A DNA stretch of 64,000 nucleotides, taken from contig CAWCRS010000010.1 in NCBI GenBank assembly GCA_963798085.1, positions 64,001 to 128,000 of the forward strand. Direction: 5' to 3'. The DNA comes from an uncultured Gemmatimonadales bacterium. GTDB taxonomy: Bacteria > Gemmatimonadota > Gemmatimonadetes > Longimicrobiales > RSA9. The position numbers and the translations under genes were made by a program. Shown here piece by piece: positions 44,628 to 54,586 of the stretch; the stretch's first letter is position 1, and each line of letters begins with the position of its first letter. Below the pieces are notes generated by a model that did no database searches, was not told where the DNA came from, and saw only the letters and a program-made list of their open reading frames with translations.

Positions 44628-45976
44628 CGCAACAGCTCGCCGCATCCCGCGGCAAGGAACGCGCTGTGCGTTGCCGCTTCGCGCGCCGCGCGCGCGGGCT
44701 GATCCGGCTCGCGCTCCCGTTCCTTCTGCTTTCGAGCGCGAGCACGACCGTGTCGGCACAGCAGCTGCGGCCGGAGCGGTGCGCGGAGTGCCACAGCAAG
44801 CTGAGTGACGATCGGCTCTCGAAGCCCGCTCGCCTTTTCCCGACCGACATTCACGCGCAGAAGGGGTTCGGCTGTCTGGCCTGCCACGGCGGCGCCGCAG
44901 GTCACGACGCGGCCGCCGGCTTCCTCAGCAAGCCGGAACGCCGGGACATCCCCCGCCTGTGCGGTCAGTGTCACTCCGATGCGCAGTACATGAAGCAGTT
45001 CAACCCCGCGCTGCGCACGGATCAGGTGTCGGAGTACTGGACGTCGGTGCACGGGCATCGGCTCGCGGAAGCGAACGACCCGAACGTGGCGACCTGCGTG
45101 GACTGCCACCGCGTGCACGAGATCCGGCCGCCCAACGATCCGAAGTCCAGCGTGTTCCCGCTGAATGTGGCCGAGACCTGCGGCCATTGCCACGCCGACG
45201 ACAAACGCATGGCGCAGTACAGGATACCGACCGATCAACTGAGCAAGTGGCGACAGAGCGTGCACGGGCGGCTGATGTCGGAGAAGGAAGACCTCTCGGC
45301 GCCGACCTGCAACGATTGTCACGGCAATCATGGCGCAACGCCGCCCGGCATCGGCTCCATCCGCAATGTGTGCGGCCAGTGTCACGCCACTAACGCCGAT
45401 TTCTTCAGCGCAAGTGGTCACGTCGAGATCTTCGAAAAGGCGGGATTGCCCGGCTGCGAGACCTGCCACAGCAATCACGCGATCATGCCGGTGAGTGACG
45501 ATATCCTGGTGCGGCGCAATGACGAGGTCTGCCGCCGCTGTCATGCTCAGAATGACACGCTCGGCGGCGAGTTTCGCGCCATGGCGCTGTTGCTCGATTC
45601 GCTGAAGACCAGCTTCGATGAGAGCCAGCAGATTCTGCGCGACGCCGCCAATGGCGGAATGGAAGTCAGCCAGGCGCAATTCGAGCTGGAGGATGTGAAC
45701 AACGCGCTCACCAAGGCGCGTTCGTCCATCCACACATTCCATGTCGAACCCGTCAGAACGAATGTGGAAGCCGGCCTCAAGCTCACGGCCGCCGGCATCG
45801 CGCGTGGCCGCGACGCGCTGGGCGAGCATACGTTCCGCCGCCAGGGCCTGGCCCTGAGCGGTCTCGTGATTCTGCTGCTCATTACGGGCCTGCTTCTGAA
45901 GATCCGGCAACTCGAAGCGCGCAGCGCGCACGCCAACGGTGCAGCGGGCAGCCTGGAGGAGGACACGCATGGCTGA
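44624..45976 (+). CDS. Nonaheme cytochrome c with C-terminal membrane anchor
   Basis: CAECH, CLACH, CGQCH, CVDCH, CGHCH, CNDCH, CGQCH, CETCH, CRRCH; helical stalk, then TM GLALSGLVILLLITGLLL. Confidence 0.9.
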   Translation: MTQQLAASRGKERAVRCRFARRARGLIRLALPFLLLSSASTTVSAQQLRPERCAECHSKLSDDRLSKPARLFPTDIHAQKGFGCLACHGGAAGHDAAAGFLSKPERRDIPRLCGQCHSDAQYMKQFNPALRTDQVSEYWTSVHGHRLAEANDPNVATCVDCHRVHEIRPPNDPKSSVFPLNVAETCGHCHADDKRMAQYRIPTDQLSKWRQSVHGRLMSEKEDLSAPTCNDCHGNHGATPPGIGSIRNVCGQCHATNADFFSASGHVEIFEKAGLPGCETCHSNHAIMPVSDDILVRRNDEVCRRCHAQNDTLGGEFRAMALLLDSLKTSFDESQQILRDAANGGMEVSQAQFELEDVNNALTKARSSIHTFHVEPVRTNVEAGLKLTAAGIARGRDALGEHTFRRQGLALSGLVILLLITGLLLKIRQLEARSAHANGAAGSLEEDTHG

Positions 45977-46421
45977 CAGAAAAGCTGAACGGGTTACGCG
46001 CAAGCATTTCGTCGACTGGCTGATCGGCTCCAGCCTGGGCGGATTCCTGGTCGCCGTATTCTATCCGGTCACGCGCTACCTGATTCCGCCGCCGGTGAAA
46101 GAGGCGTCCGTCGGGTCTGTCACGGCGCCGTTCCAGCCCGGCGACCTGCCGGCGAATTCCGGCAAGATCTTCAAGTTCGGCAACGTGCCGGGCATCCTCG
46201 TCCGCACGCCGGCGGGTGAACTGCGCGCATTCTCGGCGCGCTGCACGCATCTCGCCTGCACGGTGCAGTATCGTGACGACCTGAGTCAGATCTGGTGCGC
46301 GTGTCACAACGGTCATTATGACCTGAACGGGCGCAATGTGGCTGGTCCTCCGCCACGCCCGCTCGAATCCTACGACGTCGCCGTGCACGGCAACGAAATC
46401 GTCGTGCGGCGCCGGGCCTGA
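45969..46421 (+). CDS. Rieske [2Fe-2S] protein of a bc/b6f-type complex
   Basis: CTHLAC and CACHNGHY boxes, GPPPRPL, Tat-like TRKHF followed by TM. Confidence 0.93.
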   Translation: MADRKAERVTRKHFVDWLIGSSLGGFLVAVFYPVTRYLIPPPVKEASVGSVTAPFQPGDLPANSGKIFKFGNVPGILVRTPAGELRAFSARCTHLACTVQYRDDLSQIWCACHNGHYDLNGRNVAGPPPRPLESYDVAVHGNEIVVRRRA

Positions 46422-46429
46422 CGGCAGCC

Positions 46430-47506
46430 ATGGTACGCGAGCGATTCTCCGCACTGATCCACTGGCTGGACAACCGCATTGGGGTCAGCGGCCTGGCGCC
46501 GCTGGCGCGCAAGAAGAAGGTGCCGGTGCACCGCCACACGTTCTGGTACTACATGGGCGGGATGCTGGTCTTTCTGTTCATGCTGCAGGTTTCCACGGGC
46601 GTGCTTCTCCTGTTCTACTACCGTCCCAGTGCCGAGCACGCGTACGAATCCGTGCAGTTCCTGATGGCGGAAGTGAAGTTCGGCTGGCTGGTGCGGTCGA
46701 TTCACGCGTGGGGCGCGAACCTCATGATCTTCATGATCTTCGTGCACCTGTTCAGCGTGATGCTGCTCAAGGCCTATCGCAGCCCGCGCGAGCTGACGTG
46801 GCTGTCCGGCGCCCTGCTGCTCATGGTGGCTCTCGGCCTGGGCTTCACCGGTTATCTGCTGCCCTGGAACACACTCTCCTTCTTCGCCACACGCGTGGGC
46901 ACCGAAATACCCGGTGTGCTGCCCGGGGTCGGCCAGTTCATCCGCCAGTTCCTGCGCGGCGGCGAGGACATCAGCGGCGCCACGCTCACGCGCTTCTATG
47001 CGCTGCACGTCTCGGTGCTGCCGGGAATGGCCATCATGCTCATCGGCCTGCACGTGCTGCTGGTGCAGAAGCACGGCATGAGCGTGCCGCCCGGCGTGGA
47101 GAAGCAGGGCGGGAAAATGCGCAGCATTCCCTTCTTCCCTAACTTCCTGTTACGCGACCTGGTGGGCTGGCTGTCCGCGCTCACCATTCTGGCCGCGCTG
47201 GCGGCGTTCTGGCCGGCCGAGCTGGGTCAGAAGGCGGATCCCTTCGCGCCGGCCCCCGCCGGCATCCGGCCCGAATGGTACTTCATGTTCCTGTTTCAGA
47301 CGCTGAAATACCTGCCCGCGAAGATTCTGGGAATCGATGGCGAGCTGATCGGCATCGCGGGATCCGGCATCGCGGCGGTCGTGCTGCTGATCGTTCCCTT
47401 CGTGGATCGCCGCTCCAGCAGGCTCTGGACCTTCGTGGCCTGGGGCGCCCTCCTGTACATCATCGTGCTGACCACGCTCGGCTACATGGCCAATCCGGAG
47501 AGCTGA
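46430..47506 (+). CDS. Cytochrome b (cytochrome b6 + subunit IV-like fusion)
   Basis: [44 protein letters not shown], Qo motif RPEWYF. Confidence 0.93.
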   Translation: MVRERFSALIHWLDNRIGVSGLAPLARKKKVPVHRHTFWYYMGGMLVFLFMLQVSTGVLLLFYYRPSAEHAYESVQFLMAEVKFGWLVRSIHAWGANLMIFMIFVHLFSVMLLKAYRSPRELTWLSGALLLMVALGLGFTGYLLPWNTLSFFATRVGTEIPGVLPGVGQFIRQFLRGGEDISGATLTRFYALHVSVLPGMAIMLIGLHVLLVQKHGMSVPPGVEKQGGKMRSIPFFPNFLLRDLVGWLSALTILAALAAFWPAELGQKADPFAPAPAGIRPEWYFMFLFQTLKYLPAKILGIDGELIGIAGSGIAAVVLLIVPFVDRRSSRLWTFVAWGALLYIIVLTTLGYMANPES

Positions 47507-47510
47507 CGCG

Positions 47511-48227
47511 TCACGCCGACTGCAGGTGACGGTGGCGCATCGCCAGGTGCAGCAGCACGACTTCGACGGGCAAGGCGGCCCATATGGTGATGCCCAGTGC
47601 CAGCAGCGCCGCGCCGGCGGCTGACACACGCGCATTCGTCCACCAGATTTCGGGACGGATGATCACCAGTGCAACCAGCAGCACGGTGAATGTCGTGATG
47701 CCCAGCACTGCGCCCCAGCGCCGCTCCGGCCAGCGTTGCACGGCATTGCTCACCGCACGCCACGCTTCACGCGCACACCAGCCGCACACCACCGCTCCCG
47801 CCACCCAGCCGAGTGCCGCCCCACCGATCAGGAACGGCTGGTGTACTGCGATCGCCCAGCGCGAGATGGAGATCCACAGCGTGATCATGAAGCTCACGAG
47901 AACGGCAGGAATGGCCCAGATCAGGCCTGCAATCGCCGCAGCAGCAGCGCGACGCCGGCTCATATCCGCGGACCGACCAAGGACACCGAGCACGCTGCCG
48001 TGAAGCAGGCCGAGCAACGTCCCCGCAAGGAACATGAACTGCGTGACATCGGCGCCGGCGGTGACGACGAGCGGATTGATCATGGCGGGCAGAGCGACCA
48101 GAAAGCCGCCCAGGACAATGCCCCCTGCCATGCCCGACGCCAAAACAAGACGGCCCGGCAGGCCGGGGCCGGAGATCAGGCAGGCGCGAACTTCTGAGGC
48201 GAACTTCGCAGACCTCGTCTCGTCCAT
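47511..48227 (-). CDS. Hypothetical multi-pass membrane protein
   Basis: About six hydrophobic helices; GGAGG RBS upstream of ATG 48227. Confidence 0.7.
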   Translation of the reverse strand: MDETRSAKFASEVRACLISGPGLPGRLVLASGMAGGIVLGGFLVALPAMINPLVVTAGADVTQFMFLAGTLLGLLHGSVLGVLGRSADMSRRRAAAAAIAGLIWAIPAVLVSFMITLWISISRWAIAVHQPFLIGGAALGWVAGAVVCGWCAREAWRAVSNAVQRWPERRWGAVLGITTFTVLLVALVIIRPEIWWTNARVSAAGAALLALGITIWAALPVEVVLLHLAMRHRHLQSA

Positions 48228-48422
48228 GGTACCCTCCGAATGCTCACGCGTCCTCCCTGACCGCTCGCGTCAACGCGAGCCGCCCTCTATGCGGACGCTG
48301 GGATCCATTCGTCGGGTCGCTGGCGTCAACCACCGCACCGCTCCCCACACCGTAGCCACCCCATGCCAGACTGAAACCTGAACGCCCCCGGGGGTGCGCC
48401 CCGGCGCGCTCCGTACCGTCGT

Positions 48423-49280
48423 TTACGACGCGAGCCGGGCGGCGACAGCCGACACGGCGAAGTGTCCATGGCGCGACGCCACGCTACGTTGTATCATGAT
48501 GCGCCTGCTCGCGCCATGGCAAGCAGCGCCGCCAGGCGCTGCGCAGCGTGAAATGTCACTGTTAGGTGAAGTGGATCCGTCGTTGGGCCGCACCTTGACG
48601 CATTTCTCAGGACAATACGTTGATTCCATTACATTCGTGACGCGGTGAGTTTGCAGTGGCTTCGGACCACCATCTCTCACGTTGCCTGCGGCTTCACCGC
48701 TGCTCTTCAGCCGACTAGCGTGTGCACCGAGCTCAAGAGCAGCCTGACACCCTTCGGCCGTGGGTGGACCGACCCGCTTTGCTCGGAATGAAAGCCATTC
48801 CGTATGGCTTGTGCCGTCGAAGTTGTTCTGCTCGACCGCTCCAGCAATTCCCTCGCCGGTGTGGCGGCCTCGCAGGTATTGCGCCGCATCCGGTGATCCA
48901 TAGACCTGCACCCATATCTGACCGTTGCGTTCCCTCCATTCTGAAAACCCTGCCGGAAGGATCCCGCCGTAGAATTCCCGGCCATGGACGGTGGCCCGGC
49001 TCCGATCGAAGCCGAAGCACATGTTCGGCTGGGCGTCCGCCGAGGGCATGAGCCAGCGAGACTCCTCAAGTACGCGGCGGACCAGCTCGGCCGGGAGTGA
49101 TGACAGGTCCAACGGGCTTGAGCCGAGAACGAATCGACCGCTGGCGATCGTGTCGGCTGCCGCATCATCGCTGCTGAGCACTTGAAACGTGTACTCGCCA
49201 GCGATGCCCTGTGGAGGCTGTGCGGCTACCAGTCCGAAAACGGGCTGAACAGCGATAAGTACTGCCTGAGCGAGTGTCAT
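48423..49280 (-). CDS. Hypothetical, possibly exported protein
   Basis: Open frame with signal-like N-terminus; codon usage looks atypical; C-terminal part doubtful. Confidence 0.4.
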   Translation of the reverse strand: MTLAQAVLIAVQPVFGLVAAQPPQGIAGEYTFQVLSSDDAAADTIASGRFVLGSSPLDLSSLPAELVRRVLEESRWLMPSADAQPNMCFGFDRSRATVHGREFYGGILPAGFSEWRERNGQIWVQVYGSPDAAQYLRGRHTGEGIAGAVEQNNFDGTSHTEWLSFRAKRVGPPTAEGCQAALELGAHASRLKSSGEAAGNVRDGGPKPLQTHRVTNVMESTYCPEKCVKVRPNDGSTSPNSDISRCAAPGGAACHGASRRIMIQRSVASRHGHFAVSAVAARLAS

Positions 49281-49764
49281 GGTAGACCGCCTTGAGAAGC
49301 GCTATCTGGTCTGCGGCTTTCATGCCTGCCGGAGTCTCTGATGCGGATCAGACCAACCGACGAATCACGACCGCGCGTGCCGCTATACTCTACGTGAATC
49401 CTGCCAGAAGGATCCATTTCACCTGAAAGCGCAGTTTACGAAGTCTCGCGCGGCGGCAGTATCAGCATATCGTCGAAACTCCGTCGCAATCAGCCTACCT
49501 GCCGGGTCAGGGACTGGAGTACCGGAGCGCCGCCGCCATTCCGTGCCACCTGCGCCGCCATTTCGGCGGCACCTCATTAACACTTTGTTATAGAGGCGGC
49601 AGGCGGCCGCTGCTGGTTTGCGCCGGCGGCGCCTCGACTCTTTCCGGGCCCGCGCATTGCTCCGTGCCCGCGACAGTTCTACCTTGCACATACCGGATCG
49701 CGCTCGGCCCAGGATGATCCGTGCGCGTTCCGGGGCAATCGCAACGCCCACCGCCCTGGATATC

Positions 49765-51540
49765 ATGCGACGACTGCGACCTCGACCTCCGTACGCATCC
49801 GTCCTGCTCCTCGCCGTGACACTGGCCGCGGCCTGTGCAGCGCGGCAGACACCCGCACGCACGGCGCCCTCGCCACAGCCGGCCGCGGCAACGCTGTACC
49901 AGCCTTCCCGCGCGCTGGGTGCGCTGTTCCGCGATGTGCAGCTGAGCCGCACGTTTCCGGACTCGAAGACATTCGTGGATGCGAGACCCAGGCTGCCCGC
50001 GCCCGAAATCGACGCGCGCTACGACTCCGCGCGCGATGCTGCCGGCTTCGACCTGCATGCGTTCGTCGCACAGTACTTCGTCCTGCCACAGTCGCGTGCG
50101 ACCGCGTTCCACACGGACTCGTCGAATTCCATGGAGCAGCACATCCGCGCGCTGTGGCCGGTGCTCACGCGCCCGGCCGATTCCGCACACGTGCGTTCTT
50201 CCCTGATTCCACTGCCGCACCCCTACGTGGTGCCGGGCGGTCGGTTCCGCGAGATCTACTACTGGGACTCGTACTTCACGATGCTCGGGCTGGTGACCAG
50301 CCAGCGCACGGACCTGATGCGTGACATGCTCGACAATTTCGCGTACCTGATCGCGCGCTTCGGGCATATCCCGAATGGCAATCGCACGTACTATTTGAGC
50401 CGCAGCCAGCCACCGTACTTCGGCGCCATGGTAGCGCTCTATGCGGCGGCCACCGACACAGCGAGTGCGCTGCCGTATCTGGGTGCGCTGGAGGCGGAGC
50501 ACGCATTCTGGATGGATGGTGCGGATCGTATCTCGCCGGGCCAAGCCTACCGTCGCGTGGTGCGCCTGCCCGATGGCTCGCTGCTCAACCGCTACTGGGA
50601 TGACCTTCCGGAGCCGCGACCCGAATCGTACCGCGAAGACCATGCACTGGCACAGCAGCTTCCCGCAGACCGGCGCGCGGCGTTCTATCGCAATATGCGC
50701 GCTGCCGCGGAGAGCGGCTGGGACTTCTCCAGCCGCTGGATGCGCGATCCCGCGGACCTGCGTTCCCTGGAAACCACAGAACTCGCGCCGGTCGATCTGA
50801 ACAGCCTGTTATACTGCAGCGAGCGCGTCAGCGCGGCGCTGCGCACGTTTCGCCATGGCCCCGGCAATGCCGCAGTGGCGCAGCGCTTCGCCGCGGCGGC
50901 GGCTGAGCGGCGGCGCGCACTGCTGGCCGCCGCATGGGATCCGGCGGACAGCTTCTTCTACGATGTGCGCTGGCGCAGCGCTGCGCGTGTCACCGATCGG
51001 CCGACCATGGCGGCTGCGGCGCCGCTGTACTTCGGTCTGGCCACGCTGGCGCAGGGCCGCGCTGTGGCGGCACGGCTGGAGCGGAATTTCCTGAAGCCCG
51101 GCGGCTTCGTGACTACAGGCATCCGCTCCGGCCAGCAGTGGGATGCGCCCAACGGCTGGGCGCCTCTGCAATGGCTGGCCGTCGAAGGGCTGCGGCGCTA
51201 CGGCCGCGCGGCTCTGGCGGACACGGCCCGGGCGCGCTGGCTCGCCCTCAATCGCAGGACGTATCAGGCGACCGGCCGCATGACCGAGAAATACGATGTC
51301 ACCGACCTCCAGCGCCCTGCGGGCGGCGGCGAGTACCCCACGCAGGATGGCTTCGGCTGGACCAACGGCGTGGACCTCGCCTTCTCCATCGGCTTCCCGT
51401 TCCCGATGGGGTCCGGCGAGCAGCGCGACCGCCCGCGCCGGCCGACTCGCCGGGCCCGGGCGGCGTTGCGTCTTACACCTCGAGCCGGTCCTGCGGCCTC
51501 GCCACGAGCAGGTAGAGCGCGGGCATCAGCAGGATACTGA
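49765..51540 (+). CDS. treA: Alpha,alpha-trehalase (GH37), probable lipoprotein
   Basis: PDSKTFVD, PGGRFREIYYWDSY, RSQPP, PRPESYRED, AAESGWDFSSRW, QQWDAPNGW, QDGFGWTNGV; lipobox-like LAAAC. Confidence 0.92.
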   Translation: MRRLRPRPPYASVLLLAVTLAAACAARQTPARTAPSPQPAAATLYQPSRALGALFRDVQLSRTFPDSKTFVDARPRLPAPEIDARYDSARDAAGFDLHAFVAQYFVLPQSRATAFHTDSSNSMEQHIRALWPVLTRPADSAHVRSSLIPLPHPYVVPGGRFREIYYWDSYFTMLGLVTSQRTDLMRDMLDNFAYLIARFGHIPNGNRTYYLSRSQPPYFGAMVALYAAATDTASALPYLGALEAEHAFWMDGADRISPGQAYRRVVRLPDGSLLNRYWDDLPEPRPESYREDHALAQQLPADRRAAFYRNMRAAAESGWDFSSRWMRDPADLRSLETTELAPVDLNSLLYCSERVSAALRTFRHGPGNAAVAQRFAAAAAERRRALLAAAWDPADSFFYDVRWRSAARVTDRPTMAAAAPLYFGLATLAQGRAVAARLERNFLKPGGFVTTGIRSGQQWDAPNGWAPLQWLAVEGLRRYGRAALADTARARWLALNRRTYQATGRMTEKYDVTDLQRPAGGGEYPTQDGFGWTNGVDLAFSIGFPFPMGSGEQRDRPRRPTRRARAALRLTPRAGPAASPRAGRARASAGY

Positions 51541-54500
51541 TGAACAGACGGGAGAACAGACCGCTCACGATCACCATGGCGAACGGCCGTTGCGAGTCGG
51601 TACCCACGCCGTGCGACAGCGCCGCGGGCAGCAGGCCGAGTGCCGCCACGAGCGCGGTCATCATGATGGGACGAAGACGCAGCACGGCCGCTTCGCGCGT
51701 CGCCTGGAAGATGCCCGCGCCTTCCTTGCGCAGCTCGTTGGCGTAGGAGATGTAGACCACGGCCGTCTGCACGGACACGCCGAACAGTGCGATGAAACCG
51801 ATGCCCGACGACACCGAGAAAGGCGTGTGTGTGAGCCAGAGAATGATCAGCCCGCCAATGGGCGCCGAGAGCACCACGCCGATGACCGTGATGAGCGGGA
51901 ACTTGAAGTTGGAGTAGAGCGCGAACAGCAGCAGGAAGATCACGAAGAGCGCCAGTGGCAGCACGATCTGCAGCTGCCGGCGTGACGCCTGGTACTCCTG
52001 ATACTCGCCGCCCCAGACAATGTGGTATCCGGCCGGGAGCTTGACCTGCTGACTCACCTGGCGCTGTGCATCCTGCACTGCACCGGCCAGATCGCGCCCC
52101 TCGACGGAATACTGGATGCCGATGAAGCGCCCATTGTCCTGGCGGTAGATGAAGGACGCGCCGTTCGCGACCTTGATGTCGGCCAGCTCCTTGAGCGGGA
52201 TGTGCTGGCCATCGGGCGTGGCTACCAGGATGTTGCCGATCGCCTCCGGCGTTTCGCGGAAGCGCGGCTCGAGGCGCACGACCAGATCGAACACCCGCTC
52301 ACCCTGCACGACGTCGCTCGCGGAGACACCGCCCACCGCGGCTTCGATCAGCTTGTTGATGTCATCGACATTCAGCCCGTAACGCGCAATGCGTGCGCGG
52401 TCCGGCGTAACCGTCAGGCTGGGCTGTCCCAGCTCCTGCACCAGCGTCAGCTCACGGATGCCGTCGACGCCGCCCAGCACACGCTTGATCTGCTTGCCCG
52501 TGGTCTCGAGCGTATCGAGGTCGGGTCCGAAGACTTTCACGTCGAGTGCGCTCTTCAGGCCGGTCTCTGCTTCGTCGACTGCATCCTCCGCAGGCTGCGT
52601 GTAGTTGAAGATGATGCCCGGGTACTGCCGCAGCTTCTGATCGATCGCAGCGATCAGTTCGCTCTTGTCGTGATACTTGCCGTGCCACTGGCCGTACGGC
52701 TTGAGGCCCACGAAGAACTCGGCATTGAAAAAACCCGTGGGGTCCGTGCCGTCATCGGGCCGCCCGTGCTCATCCGTGACGTTGGTGACCTCATCGAACG
52801 ACTTCAGAATGGCGCGGAACTGCGGTACCAGTGCGGACGACTCGTCGAACGAGATGGTGTAGGGCATGGTGGCGCGCACCCAGAGCGAGCCTTCGTCGAG
52901 GTGCGGCATGAATTCCGCCCCAATGCCGGGAATGAGCAGCAGCGATGCGCCGAAGATGGCGACGGACAGTGCGACGGTGAGGCGAGGCCGGGCGAGGCAC
53001 CAGTCGAGCGTCGCTGCATAGCGCTCCTTCACCCATTCGAATATCGGGTTGCGGCGCTCGCGCACGCCGTGGCGCAGCACCCACGCGCACAGCACGGGGA
53101 TCAGCGTGAGTGTTGCAATCAGTGCACCGACCAGTGCATAGATCGTGGTGTCCGCCATCGGCCGGAACAGCTTTCCCGACGGACCGGTCAGCGCGTAGAT
53201 CGGCAGGAACCCGGCCACGATCACCGCCACCGCGTAGAAGATCGGGCGATCCACTTCGCCCGCGGCCGCGACGATCACATCGCGAACGCTGTACTCGGTG
53301 CCGTGCCGCAGTGCCAGTTGCCGATGGATGTTCTCGACCATCACCACGGTGCCGTCGACCAGGATGCCGAAATCGATGGCGCCGATGGACAGCAGGTTCG
53401 CCGGGATGTTGCGCAGGTCCAGGCAGATGAACGCGAACAGCAGCGCGATCGGGATGGCGGCCGCGACGATCAGACCGGAGCGCAGGTCGTAGAGGAAAAA
53501 CACCAGCACCACAATGACCAGCACAATGCCGCGCAGCAGGTTGTCTTCCACCGTGTGCGTGGTCAGGTCCACGAGATTGCTGCGGTCGTAGAAGGGGTGG
53601 ATTCTGACGTCGCGTGGCAGCAGCGAGTCGTTCAGCTGCCGGGTCTTCGCTTCCACCGCCTTGAGCACGGTCTGCGCCTGCTCGCCCTTGCGCATGAGGA
53701 TGACGCCTTCGACGGCGTCATTGCGGTCATTGAAGCCGAACTGGCCGAGACGGGGCGCGTGGCCGATCGCGACCCTGCCCACATCCTTCACCAGCACGGG
53801 CGTGCCGCTGTGCGTCGCCAGCACGACGTTGCCGATATCCTCCAGCGTGCTGATGCGTCCCAGACCGCGTACGTAGTAGAACTGCCCGCCTTCCGAGTAG
53901 AAGCCGCCGCCCGTGTTGCTGTTGTTAGCGCTCAGCGCGTCGACGACATTGCCCACGGAGAGTCCTGTCGCGGCCAGGCGCGCGGGATCGAGGAGCACCT
54001 GGTACTGCATGGTCTCGCCGCCCAGCGGCGAGTCATCGGCAACGCCGGCCACCGAGCGGTACTGCCGCACGATGAACCAGTCGTTCAGGATCTTCAGGTC
54101 CATGGCCGACTGGTCGGGACTGTCCAGCACGTAGCGGTAGACCAGGCCGGAAGGCGAGAAGAGCGGATCGACGCCGGGACTCACGCCTTCCGGGATCTCG
54201 GCGTCGGGCAGGCGTTCGAACACCTGCTCGCGCGCGAAGTAGCTGTCCGTGCCATCCTCGAACGTCATGCGGATGGAGGACAGTCCATACAGCGAGATCG
54301 AGCGGATGATGCGCATCTTCGGGATGCCGTTCATTTCCGTCTCGATGGGAACTGTAATAAGGCGTTCGACTTCCTCCGCCGCGTGCCCGGGCCACTGTGT
54401 CGTGACTTCGACCAGGGGAGGCGAGAGATCCGGATACGCGTCCACGGGCAGGCGTCTGAACGACCAGATGCCGGCCCCGATCAGCAGCAGACTGAACAGC

Positions 54501-54586
54501 CCGACCAGGAACTGCTGGCGCAGTGACGCGGCGACAATGCCGTTGATGAGCGACGCGGCGCGCGACTCGTGTCTTTCCTCGCTCAC
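51473..54586 (-). CDS. czcA: CzcA-type heavy-metal RND efflux transporter
   Basis: LPVDAYPDL, SIGAIDFGILVDGTVVMVEN (CzcA-type TM4), RLRPIMMTALVA. Confidence 0.9.
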   Translation of the reverse strand: MSEERHESRAASLINGIVAASLRQQFLVGLFSLLLIGAGIWSFRRLPVDAYPDLSPPLVEVTTQWPGHAAEEVERLITVPIETEMNGIPKMRIIRSISLYGLSSIRMTFEDGTDSYFAREQVFERLPDAEIPEGVSPGVDPLFSPSGLVYRYVLDSPDQSAMDLKILNDWFIVRQYRSVAGVADDSPLGGETMQYQVLLDPARLAATGLSVGNVVDALSANNSNTGGGFYSEGGQFYYVRGLGRISTLEDIGNVVLATHSGTPVLVKDVGRVAIGHAPRLGQFGFNDRNDAVEGVILMRKGEQAQTVLKAVEAKTRQLNDSLLPRDVRIHPFYDRSNLVDLTTHTVEDNLLRGIVLVIVVLVFFLYDLRSGLIVAAAIPIALLFAFICLDLRNIPANLLSIGAIDFGILVDGTVVMVENIHRQLALRHGTEYSVRDVIVAAAGEVDRPIFYAVAVIVAGFLPIYALTGPSGKLFRPMADTTIYALVGALIATLTLIPVLCAWVLRHGVRERRNPIFEWVKERYAATLDWCLARPRLTVALSVAIFGASLLLIPGIGAEFMPHLDEGSLWVRATMPYTISFDESSALVPQFRAILKSFDEVTNVTDEHGRPDDGTDPTGFFNAEFFVGLKPYGQWHGKYHDKSELIAAIDQKLRQYPGIIFNYTQPAEDAVDEAETGLKSALDVKVFGPDLDTLETTGKQIKRVLGGVDGIRELTLVQELGQPSLTVTPDRARIARYGLNVDDINKLIEAAVGGVSASDVVQGERVFDLVVRLEPRFRETPEAIGNILVATPDGQHIPLKELADIKVANGASFIYRQDNGRFIGIQYSVEGRDLAGAVQDAQRQVSQQVKLPAGYHIVWGGEYQEYQASRRQLQIVLPLALFVIFLLLFALYSNFKFPLITVIGVVLSAPIGGLIILWLTHTPFSVSSGIGFIALFGVSVQTAVVYISYANELRKEGAGIFQATREAAVLRLRPIMMTALVAALGLLPAALSHGVGTDSQRPFAMVIVSGLFSRLFISILLMPALYLLVARPQDRLEV

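Noticed and set aside
48380..48570. Integron attC site (GTTAGGT at 48561)
   Set aside because: No matching complementary R box or L boxes could be identified, and there is no integrase.
51380..51540. Functional 68-bp overlap of the treA and czcA 3' ends
   Set aside because: The trehalase tail after GFGWTNGV looks low-complexity; more likely a drifted stop or indel than a designed overlap.
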